Below, in pieces: positions 9,488-17,569 of a DNA stretch of 25,598 nt. The translations under genes and the position numbers were made by a program. The notes below the pieces were generated by a model. That model ran no database searches. It saw only the letters and a list, made by a program, of their open reading frames with translations, and was not told where the DNA came from. The first letter of the stretch is position 1. Each line of letters opens with the position of its first letter. Source of the stretch: a virus. Lineage: Duplodnaviria > Heunggongvirae > Uroviricota > Caudoviricetes. The DNA lies in the IMG/VR virus record IMGVR_UViG_2606217107_000001; one strand, 5' to 3'.

Positions 9488-9900
9488 TGATTGTGCTGGT
9501 TGTGTTGTTATCACTGGCGGTGGTAGGTCTGTTTCTGGCGAAGCATGAAAACGCCAGCCTGCGCACCTCACTGGACAGGGCGAGCAACGTCGCCAGCGGG
9601 CAGCAGACGACCATCACCATGCTGAAAAATCAGCTTCATGTTGCGCTCACCAGGGCAGACAAAAACGAGCTGGCGCAGGTGGCACTGCGTCAGGAACTGG
9701 AGAACGCCGCGAAGCGTGAAGCACAGCGCGAGAAAACCATCACGAGGTTACTCAATGAAAACGAAGATTTTCGCCGCTGGTATGGTGCTGACCTGCCTGA
9801 TGCTGTGCGCCGGTTGCACCAGCGCCCCGCCTGCACCGACGCCAGTGATTGTCGCCAACGCCTGCCCGAAAGTGAGCCTTTGCCCGATGCCGGGCAGTGA
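9475..9900 (+). CDS. lysB: Inner-membrane spanin (Rz-like; P2 LysB-like), 141 aa
   Basis: Inside ORF 9316..9900; start at ATG 9475 (MSKLMIVLVVLLSLAVVGLFLA...); N-terminal transmembrane helix then a helical domain. Confidence 0.85.
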   Translation: MSKLMIVLVVLLSLAVVGLFLAKHENASLRTSLDRASNVASGQQTTITMLKNQLHVALTRADKNELAQVALRQELENAAKREAQREKTITRLLNENEDFRRWYGADLPDAVRRLHQRPACTDASDCRQRLPESEPLPDAGQ

Positions 9901-10045
9901 CCCGGAGACGAACGGCGATTTAAGTGCCGATATCCGACAGCTTGAGAACGCGCTGGCACGCTGTGCCAGCCAGGTAAAAATGATTAAACACTGTCAGGAC
10001 GAAAACGATGCTCAAACCCGACAGCCTGCGCAGGGCGCTGACTGA
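9755..10045 (+). CDS. lysC: Outer-membrane lipoprotein spanin (Rz1-like; P2 LysC-like), 96 aa
   Basis: Inside ORF 9638..10045; start at ATG 9755 with GAGG upstream; signal peptide MKTKIFAAGMVLTCLMLCAGC with lipobox-like cysteine, proline-rich; out of frame inside and beyond the 3' end of lysB. Confidence 0.8.
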   Translation: MKTKIFAAGMVLTCLMLCAGCTSAPPAPTPVIVANACPKVSLCPMPGSDPETNGDLSADIRQLENALARCASQVKMIKHCQDENDAQTRQPAQGAD

Positions 10046-10475
10046 TGCCGTCACGGTGCTGAAAACCAGTCCCGAGATGCTGCGGATATTCGTTGATAAC
10101 GGGAGTATTGCCTCCACGCTGGCGACGTCGTTGTCATTCGAAAAGCGTTACACGCTCAATGTGATTGTGACCGACTTTACCGGTGATTTTGACCTGCTCA
10201 TCGTGCCGGTGCTGGCGTGGCTGCGGGAAAATCAGCCCGACATCATGACCACCGACGCAGGCCAGAAAAAGGGCTTCACGTTTTATGCGGACATCAACAA
10301 TGACAGCAGCTTTGATATCAGCATCAGCCTGATGCTGACCGAGCGCACGCTGGTCAGTGAGGTGGACGGCGCGCTGCATGTGAAGAATATCCCGGAACCC
10401 CCGCCGCCGGAGCCGGTCACCCGCCCGATGGAGCTTTATATCAATGGTGAACTGGTGAGTAAGTGGGATGAATGA
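10008..10475 (+). CDS. R: Tail completion protein (P2 gpR-like), 155 aa
   Basis: ORF 10008..10475; position and length as for P2 gpR. Confidence 0.88.
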   Translation: MLKPDSLRRALTDAVTVLKTSPEMLRIFVDNGSIASTLATSLSFEKRYTLNVIVTDFTGDFDLLIVPVLAWLRENQPDIMTTDAGQKKGFTFYADINNDSSFDISISLMLTERTLVSEVDGALHVKNIPEPPPPEPVTRPMELYINGELVSKWDE

Positions 10476-10920
10476 GTTTAAGCGTTTTGAAGACCGGCTG
10501 ACCGGACTGATTGAGTCGCTGTCACCGTCAGGGCGTCGGCGACTGAGCGCCGAACTGGCGAAACGTCTGCGTCAGAGTCAGCAGCGCCGGGTGATGGCAC
10601 AGAAAGCCCCGGACGGCACACCCTACGCACCACGCCAGCAGCAGAGCGCCAGAAAAAAGACCGGTCGCGTTAAGCGAAAAATGTTTGCGAAACTTATCAC
10701 CAGTCGTTTTTTGCATATCCGCGCCAGCCCGGAGCAGGCATCAATGGAGTTTTACGGCGGGAAGTCGCCGAAAATCGCCAGTGTGCATCAGTTCGGTCTG
10801 TCGGAAGAAAACCGGAAAGACGGTAAGAAAATTGATTATCCGGCGCGTCCTCTGCTCGGCTTTACCGGTGAGGATGTGCAGATGATTGAAGAGATTATCC
10901 TGGCTCACCTCGACCGTTAG
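10468..10920 (+). CDS. S: Tail completion protein (P2 gpS-like), 150 aa
   Basis: ORF 10468..10920; overlaps the R stop; position and length as for P2 gpS. Confidence 0.88.
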   Translation: MNEFKRFEDRLTGLIESLSPSGRRRLSAELAKRLRQSQQRRVMAQKAPDGTPYAPRQQQSARKKTGRVKRKMFAKLITSRFLHIRASPEQASMEFYGGKSPKIASVHQFGLSEENRKDGKKIDYPARPLLGFTGEDVQMIEEIILAHLDR

Positions 10921-10986
10921 TTGTGCCATTCCCGACACCTCATCGGCACATTGCCGCCGGTATGACCCGGCGGCATCCTTCCCGTT
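10921..10986 (+). promoter_or_regulatory. Intergenic region expected to hold the late promoter for the V-W-J-I-H-G operon
   Basis: 66-bp gap between S and V, the position of the P2 late promoter P_V; motif not confirmed. Confidence 0.35.
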
Positions 10987-11622
10987 ATGAACACTCTCGC
11001 AAATATTCAGGAACTCGCGCGCGCACTGCGCAACATGATCCGCACCGGCATTATCGTCGAAACCGACCTTAACGCCGGTCGCTGCCGTGTGCAGACCGGC
11101 GGCATGTGCACCGACTGGCTTCAGTGGCTGACCCATCGCGCCGGACGTTCGCGCACATGGTGGGCACCTTCCGTGGGGGAACAGGTGCTGATTCTGGCCG
11201 TGGGCGGTGAACTCGACACGGCGTTCGTTCTGCCGGGGATTTATTCCGGCGATAACCCCGCGCCGTCTGCGTCGGCGGATGCCCTGCATATCCGTTTCCC
11301 TGACGGGGCGGTGATTGAGTATGAACCCGAAACCAGTGCACTCACGGTAAGCGGAATTAAAACGGCCAGCGTGACGGCTTCTGATTCTGTTACTGCCACG
11401 GTGCCGGTGGTCATGGTGAAAGCGTCAACCCGCATCACCCTGGACACCCCGGAGGTGGTCTGCACCAACAGACTGATTACCGGCACGCTGGAAGTGCAGA
11501 AGGGCGGGACGATGCGCGGCAACATTAAACATACCGGCGGTGAACTCTCATCAAACGGTAAGGTACTGCATACCCATAAACACCCCGGCGACAGCGGCGG
11601 CACAACCGGGAGTCCTCTATGA
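10987..11622 (+). CDS. V: Baseplate central spike protein (P2 gpV-like), 211 aa
   Basis: ORF 10987..11622; recognised as P2 gpV. Confidence 0.9.
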   Translation: MNTLANIQELARALRNMIRTGIIVETDLNAGRCRVQTGGMCTDWLQWLTHRAGRSRTWWAPSVGEQVLILAVGGELDTAFVLPGIYSGDNPAPSASADALHIRFPDGAVIEYEPETSALTVSGIKTASVTASDSVTATVPVVMVKASTRITLDTPEVVCTNRLITGTLEVQKGGTMRGNIKHTGGELSSNGKVLHTHKHPGDSGGTTGSPL

Positions 11623-11966
11623 CAGCGCGTTATCTTGGAATGAATCGCAGTGATGGCCTGACTGTCACTGACCTTGAGCATATCAGCCAGAGTATCGGCG
11701 ATATCCTGCGCACGCCGGTCGGCTCACGGGTGATGCGTCGTGATTACGGCTCATTGCTGGCGTCAATGATTGACCAGCCGCAGACCCCGGCGCTTGAGTT
11801 GCAGATTAAGGTCGCCTGTTACATGGCGGTGCTGAAATGGGAACCCCGCGTCACCCTGTCATCCGTCACCACTGAGCGCAGTTTTGACGGGCGAATGACG
11901 GTCACGTTAACCGGCCAGCACAACGACACCGGCCAGCCACTTTCGTTAACCATCCCTGTGAGTTGA
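11619..11966 (+). CDS. W: Baseplate wedge protein (P2 gpW-like), 115 aa
   Basis: ORF 11619..11966; GGGAG ribosome-binding site; overlaps the V stop. Confidence 0.9.
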   Translation: MTARYLGMNRSDGLTVTDLEHISQSIGDILRTPVGSRVMRRDYGSLLASMIDQPQTPALELQIKVACYMAVLKWEPRVTLSSVTTERSFDGRMTVTLTGQHNDTGQPLSLTIPVS

Positions 11967-11970
11967 AACC

Positions 11971-12879
11971 ATGCCGATTATCGACCTGAACCAGCTACCC
12001 GCACCGGATGTGGTCGAGGAGCTGGACTTTGAAACCATTCTTGCCGAACGCAAGGCGACACTGATTTCCCTTTACCCGGAAGACCAGCAGGAGGCGGTTG
12101 CCCGTACCCTGACGCTGGAATCCGAGCCTCTCGTCAAACTGCTGGAGGAAAATGCTTATCGTGAGCTTATCTGGCGTCAGCGTGTGAATGAGGCCGCACG
12201 GGCGGTAATGCTGGCCTGTGCCGCCGGTAATGACCTTGATGTGATTGGTGCCAATTACAACACCACGCGCCTGATTATCACCCCGGCAGATGATTCGACC
12301 ATCCCGCCGACACCGGCAGTGATGGAGTCTGACACCGATTATCGTCTGCGTATTCAGCAGGCGTTTGAGGGCTTAAGCGTCGCCGGGTCGGTGGGATCCT
12401 ATCAGTATCATGGTCGCAGTGCCGACGGGCGTGTCGCGGATATTTCTGTCACCAGTCCGTCTCCGGCCTGCGTCACCATCTCTGTGCTGTCACGTGAAAA
12501 TAACGGTGTGGCATCCGAAGACCTGCTGGCGGTGGTGCGCAACGCCCTTAATGGTGAGGACGTCAGACCGGTGGCCGACCGTGTGACCGTGCAGTCTGCC
12601 GTCATCGTTGAATACCAGATAAATGCCACGCTTTACCTTTATCCTGGCCCCGAAAGCGAACCCATTCGCGCTGCCGCCGTGAAAAAACTGGAAGCGTATA
12701 TCACGGCACAGCACCGGCTGGGGCGCGACATCCGACTGTCTGCCATTTATGCCGCTTTGCATGTGGAAGGCGTGCAGCGTGTCGAGCTGGCCGCACCACT
12801 GGCCGACATTGTGCTCAACAGTACGCAGGCGTCTTTCTGTACCGAATACCGCGTCGTGACCGGAGGCTCGGATGAGTGA
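11971..12879 (+). CDS. J: Baseplate assembly protein (P2 gpJ-like), 302 aa
   Basis: ORF 11971..12879; recognised as P2 gpJ. Confidence 0.9.
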   Translation: MPIIDLNQLPAPDVVEELDFETILAERKATLISLYPEDQQEAVARTLTLESEPLVKLLEENAYRELIWRQRVNEAARAVMLACAAGNDLDVIGANYNTTRLIITPADDSTIPPTPAVMESDTDYRLRIQQAFEGLSVAGSVGSYQYHGRSADGRVADISVTSPSPACVTISVLSRENNGVASEDLLAVVRNALNGEDVRPVADRVTVQSAVIVEYQINATLYLYPGPESEPIRAAAVKKLEAYITAQHRLGRDIRLSAIYAALHVEGVQRVELAAPLADIVLNSTQASFCTEYRVVTGGSDE

Positions 12880-13402
12880 TTCGCGCCTGCTGCCGACCGG
12901 CTCATCACCGCTTGAAGTTGCCGCCGCAAAAGCCTGTGCGGAAATTGAAAAAACGCCGGTCAGTATTCGTGAACTGTGGAACCCGAACACCTGTCCGGCA
13001 AATCTGCTGCCGTGGCTGGCGTGGGCGTTTTCGGTCGACAGGTGGGATGAAAAGTGGCCGGAAGCGATAAAACGCGCCGTTATCCGCGATGCCTATTTCA
13101 TCCACTGTCATAAAGGCACGATAGGTGCAATCCGGCGTGTGGTGGAGCCGCTCGGCTATCTCATCAACGTGACGGAGTGGTGGGAAAACAGTGACCCGCC
13201 CGGCACCTTCCGGCTTGATATTGGTGTACTGGAAAGCGGTATCACAGAGGCAATGTATCAGGAAATGGAACGGCTGATTGCCGATGCCAAACCTGCAAGC
13301 CGCCACCTTATTGGCCTGAACATTACCCGGGACATTCCCGGCTACCTGTTCGCCGGTGGTGTGGCTTACGACGGCGATGTAATTACGGTTTACCCCGGAT
13401 AA
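12872..13402 (+). CDS. I: Baseplate protein (P2 gpI-like), 176 aa
   Basis: ORF 12872..13402; GGAGG ribosome-binding site; overlaps the J stop. Confidence 0.9.
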   Translation: MSDSRLLPTGSSPLEVAAAKACAEIEKTPVSIRELWNPNTCPANLLPWLAWAFSVDRWDEKWPEAIKRAVIRDAYFIHCHKGTIGAIRRVVEPLGYLINVTEWWENSDPPGTFRLDIGVLESGITEAMYQEMERLIADAKPASRHLIGLNITRDIPGYLFAGGVAYDGDVITVYPG

Positions 13403-13412
13403 GTGAGGAATA

Positions 13413-15707
13413 ATGAGCACAAAATTCAAAACCGTTATCACCACTGCCGGTGCAGCAAAGCTGGCAGCGGCAACCGCACCGGGAGGGCGGAAGGTCAACA
13501 TTACCACGATGGCCGTCGGGGATGGCGGTGGTAAATTGCCTGTCCCGGATGCCGGACAGACCGGGCTTATCCACGAAGTCTGGCGACATGCGCTGAACAA
13601 AATCAGTCAGGACAAACGAAACAGTAATTATATTATCGCAGAACTGGTTATTCCGCCGGAGGTGGGCGGTTTCTGGATGCGTGAGCTTGGCCTGTACGAT
13701 GATGCGGGAACATTAATTGCCGTGGCGAACATGGCCGAAAGTTATAAGCCAGCTCTTGCCGAAGGCTCAGGGCGTTCGCAGACCTGTCGCATGGTCATCA
13801 TCGTCAGCAGTGTGGCCTCAGTGGCGCTGACCATTGACACCACAACGGTGATGGCAACGCAGGATTACGTTGATGACAAAATTGCAGAGCATGAACAGTC
13901 ACGACGTCACCCGGACGCCTCGCTGACCGCAAAAGGTTTTACTCAGTTAAGCAATGCGACCAACAGCACGTCTGAAACACTGGCCGCAACGCCGAAAGCG
14001 GTAAAGGCCGCGTATGATCTTGCTAACGGGAAATACACTGCGCAGGATGCCACCACAGCGCGAAAAGGCCTTGTCCAGCTCAGTAGCGCCACCAACAGCA
14101 CGTCTGAAACGCTCGCCGCAACACCAAAAGCGGTAAAGGCAGCATATGACCTTGCTAACGGGAAATACACTGCACAGGACGCCACCACAGCGCGAAAAGG
14201 TCTTGTCCAGCTCAGTAGCGCCACCAACAGCGATTCTGAAACGCTTGCGGCAACGCCAAAGGCGGTTAAGACAGCGTATGACCTTGCTAACGGGAAATAC
14301 ACTGCACAGGACGCCACCACGGCGCGGAAAGGTCTTGTTCAGCTCAGTAGCGCCACCAACAGTGATTCTGAAACGCTGGCCGCAACATCAAAAGCGGTGA
14401 AGTCTGCCTATGACAATGCTGAAAAACGTCTTCAGAAAGATCAGAACGGTGCGGATATTCCGGGAAAGGATACCTTCACGAAAAATATCGGTGCCTGTCG
14501 TGCTTATAGCGGCGCTTTGAGCACTGAAGCCGGAAACTGGACAACCGCTCAGTTTATTGAATGGCTGGATTCCCGTGGTGCATTTAATCATCCGTACTGG
14601 ATGTGCAAAGGCTCCTGGTCATATGCAAATAACAAAATCATTACGGATACCGGATGTGGTGATATCCACCTGGCTGGTTGTGTCGTCGAGGTCATGGGAA
14701 CTAAATCTGCAATCACTATCCGAGTGACCACGCCGACAACATCAAGTGGTGGCGGTACAACCAGCGCGCAATTCACTTACATTAATCATGGGGACGGCTA
14801 CTCCCCCGGCTGGCGTCGTGACTGGAATCGTCAGGGCGACTCAATGACCGGAACGATTAATCAGGATGGCGGAAGCCAGAATGCCTATATGTCTACGGCC
14901 TTATGTTCAGGCACCAGAGGCGGCAAAAAATATCTCAGAAAGTTTCGTGGTGGAGAAGGAGACACTATCTGGCATGAAACAGTACAGGGCGGGGTAATTC
15001 GCTGGGCGACAGGAAACTATGACGCTCAGGAAGAATTATCACTCAGCTCCGCTTATGGTCTTCGTTCTAGAGGTGAAATTACATCACTCAGTGCTAATGG
15101 TCTGCGCATTGCTTATGGCAATTATGGATTCTTTATCAGGAATGATGGTGGCAGCACATATTTAATGCTGACGGCCTCTGGTGATAAATTTGGGACATGG
15201 AACGGTTTAAGGCCGCTGACTATCAATAACGCTAATGGCGGAGTGTCAATGGGGCATGGCCTGAGTGTTACTGGTGATATTGCCTCAAGTACCAAAGTAC
15301 GTGCCGGTAGCGGGAAAAAGTTCACGGTCAGCAGCAGCAATACATCCACGAAGGAAGCCGCATTCAATTTGTGGGGAAACTCAAGTCGTCCGGTGGTGGC
15401 TGAATTAGGTGATGATGCAGGCTGGCATTTTTACAGTCAGAGAAATACAGATAACAGCATCACTTTTGCTGTTAACGGTCAGGTATCACCATCTAACTAC
15501 AGTAATTTTGATTCACGTTATGTACGCGATATCCGGCTTGGGACTCGAGTTGTCCAGACCATGCAGAAAGGGGTGATGTATGAGAAAGCAGGGCACGTAA
15601 TTACCGGGCTTGGTATTGTCGGTGAAGTCGATGGTGATGACCCCGCAGTATTCAGACCAATACAAAAATACATCAATGGAACATGGTATAACGTCGCACA
15701 GGTGTAA
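13413..15707 (+). CDS. H: Tail fibre protein (P2 gpH-like) with expanded internal repeats and a divergent distal domain, 764 aa
   Basis: ORF 13413..15707; P2 H-like N-terminus (MSTKFKTVITTAGAAKLAAAT...). Contains ~3.6 tandem copies of a 44-aa unit. Longer than the ~669 aa I recall for P2 H; distal part is lower in GC. Confidence 0.9.
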   Translation: MSTKFKTVITTAGAAKLAAATAPGGRKVNITTMAVGDGGGKLPVPDAGQTGLIHEVWRHALNKISQDKRNSNYIIAELVIPPEVGGFWMRELGLYDDAGTLIAVANMAESYKPALAEGSGRSQTCRMVIIVSSVASVALTIDTTTVMATQDYVDDKIAEHEQSRRHPDASLTAKGFTQLSNATNSTSETLAATPKAVKAAYDLANGKYTAQDATTARKGLVQLSSATNSTSETLAATPKAVKAAYDLANGKYTAQDATTARKGLVQLSSATNSDSETLAATPKAVKTAYDLANGKYTAQDATTARKGLVQLSSATNSDSETLAATSKAVKSAYDNAEKRLQKDQNGADIPGKDTFTKNIGACRAYSGALSTEAGNWTTAQFIEWLDSRGAFNHPYWMCKGSWSYANNKIITDTGCGDIHLAGCVVEVMGTKSAITIRVTTPTTSSGGGTTSAQFTYINHGDGYSPGWRRDWNRQGDSMTGTINQDGGSQNAYMSTALCSGTRGGKKYLRKFRGGEGDTIWHETVQGGVIRWATGNYDAQEELSLSSAYGLRSRGEITSLSANGLRIAYGNYGFFIRNDGGSTYLMLTASGDKFGTWNGLRPLTINNANGGVSMGHGLSVTGDIASSTKVRAGSGKKFTVSSSNTSTKEAAFNLWGNSSRPVVAELGDDAGWHFYSQRNTDNSITFAVNGQVSPSNYSNFDSRYVRDIRLGTRVVQTMQKGVMYEKAGHVITGLGIVGEVDGDDPAVFRPIQKYINGTWYNVAQV
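13944..14417 (+). repeat. Tandem 132-bp in-frame coding repeat (~3.6 copies) inside tail fibre gene H
   Basis: gctaacggg recurs at 14022, 14154 and 14286 (period 132 bp); protein unit QLS(S/N)ATNS(T/D)SETLAATPKAVK(A/T)AYDLANGKYTAQDATTARKGLV repeats at residues ~178, 222, 266 and 310. Confidence 0.9.
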
Positions 15708-15710
15708 TTT

Positions 15711-16238
15711 ATGCAGCATTTAAAAAATATTACTGCGGGTAATCCAAAAACTGTTGCCCAATATCAACTGACAAAAAATTTTGATGTTATCTGGTTATGG
15801 TCCGAAGAGGGAAAAAACTGGTATGAGGAAGTAAGTAATTTTCAGGAAGACACGATAAAGATTGTTTACGACGAGAATAATATAATTGTCGGCATCACCA
15901 GAGATGCTTCAACGCTCAACCCTGAAGGTTATAGCGTTGTCGAGGTTCCTGATATTACCGCCAACCGACGTGCTGATGACTCAGGTAAATGGATGTTTAA
16001 GGATGGTGCCGTGATTAAGCGGATTTATACGGCAGACGAACAGCAACAACAGGCAGAATCACAAAAGGTCGCGTTACTTTCCGAAGCGGAAAGCGTTATT
16101 CAGCCACTGGAGCGCGCTGTCAGGCTGAACATGGCAACAGATGAGGAGCGTAGCCGACTGGAAGCATGGGAACGCTACAGTGTTCTGGTCAGCCGTGTGA
16201 ATCCTGCAAATCCTGAATGGCCGGAAATGCCGCAATAA
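15711..16238 (+). CDS. G: Tail fibre assembly chaperone (P2 gpG-like), 175 aa
   Basis: ORF 15711..16238; directly downstream of H; C-terminal part resembles the conserved tail fibre assembly domain. Confidence 0.85.
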   Translation: MQHLKNITAGNPKTVAQYQLTKNFDVIWLWSEEGKNWYEEVSNFQEDTIKIVYDENNIIVGITRDASTLNPEGYSVVEVPDITANRRADDSGKWMFKDGAVIKRIYTADEQQQQAESQKVALLSEAESVIQPLERAVRLNMATDEERSRLEAWERYSVLVSRVNPANPEWPEMPQ

Positions 16239-16389
16239 GTTGTATGAGCTGACATATCTATAGCACAGAGTAAAGCCTAATCTGACAGTCTGCTCTGTGC
16301 AAGGAGCGGACATTACCTAACACATTGGTAACCTTCACAGATTTACGCGTTCTACATAGTTAGCATTGTATCTGATGAGTTATCATGTT

Positions 16390-17169
16390 TTAAAATATCC
16401 AACTGATAAATCCACCTGAATACTTTTCACTAATTTTGATTGCATAAAGATCATGAAGAGTTATAAATAAATCATTATCTTCTTTGAAAATTAACTCCTC
16501 ATATTCTGCCATTATCAAATTATGTTGTGTTGTTAGTTTAGATATGTTATCTATTTCACTGGCAAGCATGGATTTGTTTACATTGGTGTGTGGATCCATG
16601 GCAATATATTTCCGCATCAATGGAATTAGTTGATTAGGGTCTATATTTTTTGCATTTTCCTTTGCTTTTTTTTGTCTTTCTGAATAGATGGAGTTAATTG
16701 TGTTAGTGTGTTTTTTCGCCAGTCTCTTAAACTCTGGATATGAACCAGTAACTAATGCAAGCTCTTCGTACTTAAGGAACAAATCGATATTGCATTTTTT
16801 TACCGTTATTTCAAGATCTTCAACTCTTTTTTTTAACTCTTCATTTGTTTTAATAAGAGACATCGGGAGAACTTCATAATGTTGTCCTAATTCTGAATCA
16901 GGGCTCATTGCCATATGTACTATTTCATTATACATGAGCTGATAAGAAGCAGATAACTCTCCATACTTTAGAAATAGTTCATTGTGTGAAGATGAACAAG
17001 AACTTTGTAATTTCATCATTGGTCTAAAGTAATCCTTTATAAACTCCTCCTGAAGATCTTGGTCTTTTTTGTAGCTCTCTAGGATTCCAGCAAAAAGAAA
17101 TGATCCTAAAGATATAGAGATTATGGATATTAGCAATTGACTAAGGAATGATTGTGTTTCATTACTCAT
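16390..17169 (-). CDS. Hypothetical membrane-anchored protein encoded by an AT-rich insert at the Z/fun position; candidate exclusion or defence gene, 259 aa
   Basis: ORF 16390..17169 minus; AGGA ribosome-binding site 6 nt before the ATG; N-terminal hydrophobic helix (FLSQLLISIISISLGSFLFAGIL); internally repeated LFLKY(G/E)EL motif; region is far lower in GC than its flanks; opposite strand to the late operons. Function not recognised. Confidence 0.7.
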   Translation of the reverse strand: MSNETQSFLSQLLISIISISLGSFLFAGILESYKKDQDLQEEFIKDYFRPMMKLQSSCSSSHNELFLKYGELSASYQLMYNEIVHMAMSPDSELGQHYEVLPMSLIKTNEELKKRVEDLEITVKKCNIDLFLKYEELALVTGSYPEFKRLAKKHTNTINSIYSERQKKAKENAKNIDPNQLIPLMRKYIAMDPHTNVNKSMLASEIDNISKLTTQHNLIMAEYEELIFKEDNDLFITLHDLYAIKISEKYSGGFISWIF

Positions 17170-17446
17170 AAAACATCCTTAAAAAATAACACGAAAAGTG
17201 ACTCCTGACAGGGAAGAAACGACAGGTCGGAAACAAACTTAACTGATGAGTTAGCCGTAGTCCAGAACCTTGTTTGAACACTTAGTGTGACTGTTTGCAT
17301 CTCAGGAATTTGTGCCAATAACATTTGAATCCTTATAATTTATTTAAATCAAATTTAGTTACTCGCTCAAAGCAGGCTGTCAGATTTGATAGCATTTGGG
17401 CTATGTAAATTGTCAGGCGGAAAATGAGTGAGTACAAATCAAGACT

Positions 17447-17474
17447 GGCGGGCGAATTGCCCGCCTTTTCTTTA
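17447..17474 (+). terminator. Intrinsic terminator (plus strand) between the AT-rich insert and FI
   Basis: ggcgggc (17447..17453), loop gaatt, gcccgcc (17459..17465), followed by ttttctttat; T-run only on the plus strand. Confidence 0.6.
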
Positions 17475-17569
17475 TCTGTTGTTTCATCCACTGACCAGCT
17501 AGGTCAAATAGCGTCTCATGCACTGCCCAACAGACAATAGTTGCACCCATTAACCACGGAGTTAAACGG
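17475..17569 (+). promoter_or_regulatory. Region expected to hold the late promoter for the FI-FII-E-T-U-D operon
   Basis: Non-coding stretch between the terminator and the FI start, the position of P2 P_F; motif not confirmed. Confidence 0.35.

Noticed and set aside
10741-11289. 182-aa minus-strand ORF across the S-V junction
   Set aside because: Antisense to S and V, which are well supported; arginine-rich composition typical of antisense frames.
12905-13600. 231-aa minus-strand ORF overlapping I and the start of H
   Set aside because: Antisense to two confidently called baseplate and fibre genes; no supporting signals.
13943-14320. 125-aa minus-strand ORF with internal repeats
   Set aside because: Artefact of the 132-bp tandem repeat in H read on the opposite strand.
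13944-14417. Possible CRISPR array, because of the regular tandem repeats
   Set aside because: Units are contiguous 132-bp in-frame coding repeats with no unique spacers; they lie inside the tail fibre ORF.
16688-16879. 63-aa plus-strand ORF inside the AT-rich insert
   Set aside because: Antisense to the 259-aa cargo ORF; low-complexity AT-rich translation; no ribosome-binding site.
17424-17540. 38-codon plus-strand ORF (MSEYKSRLAGELPAF...) upstream of FI
   Set aside because: Runs straight through the terminator hairpin at 17447..17474 and into the likely FI promoter region; more likely non-coding.
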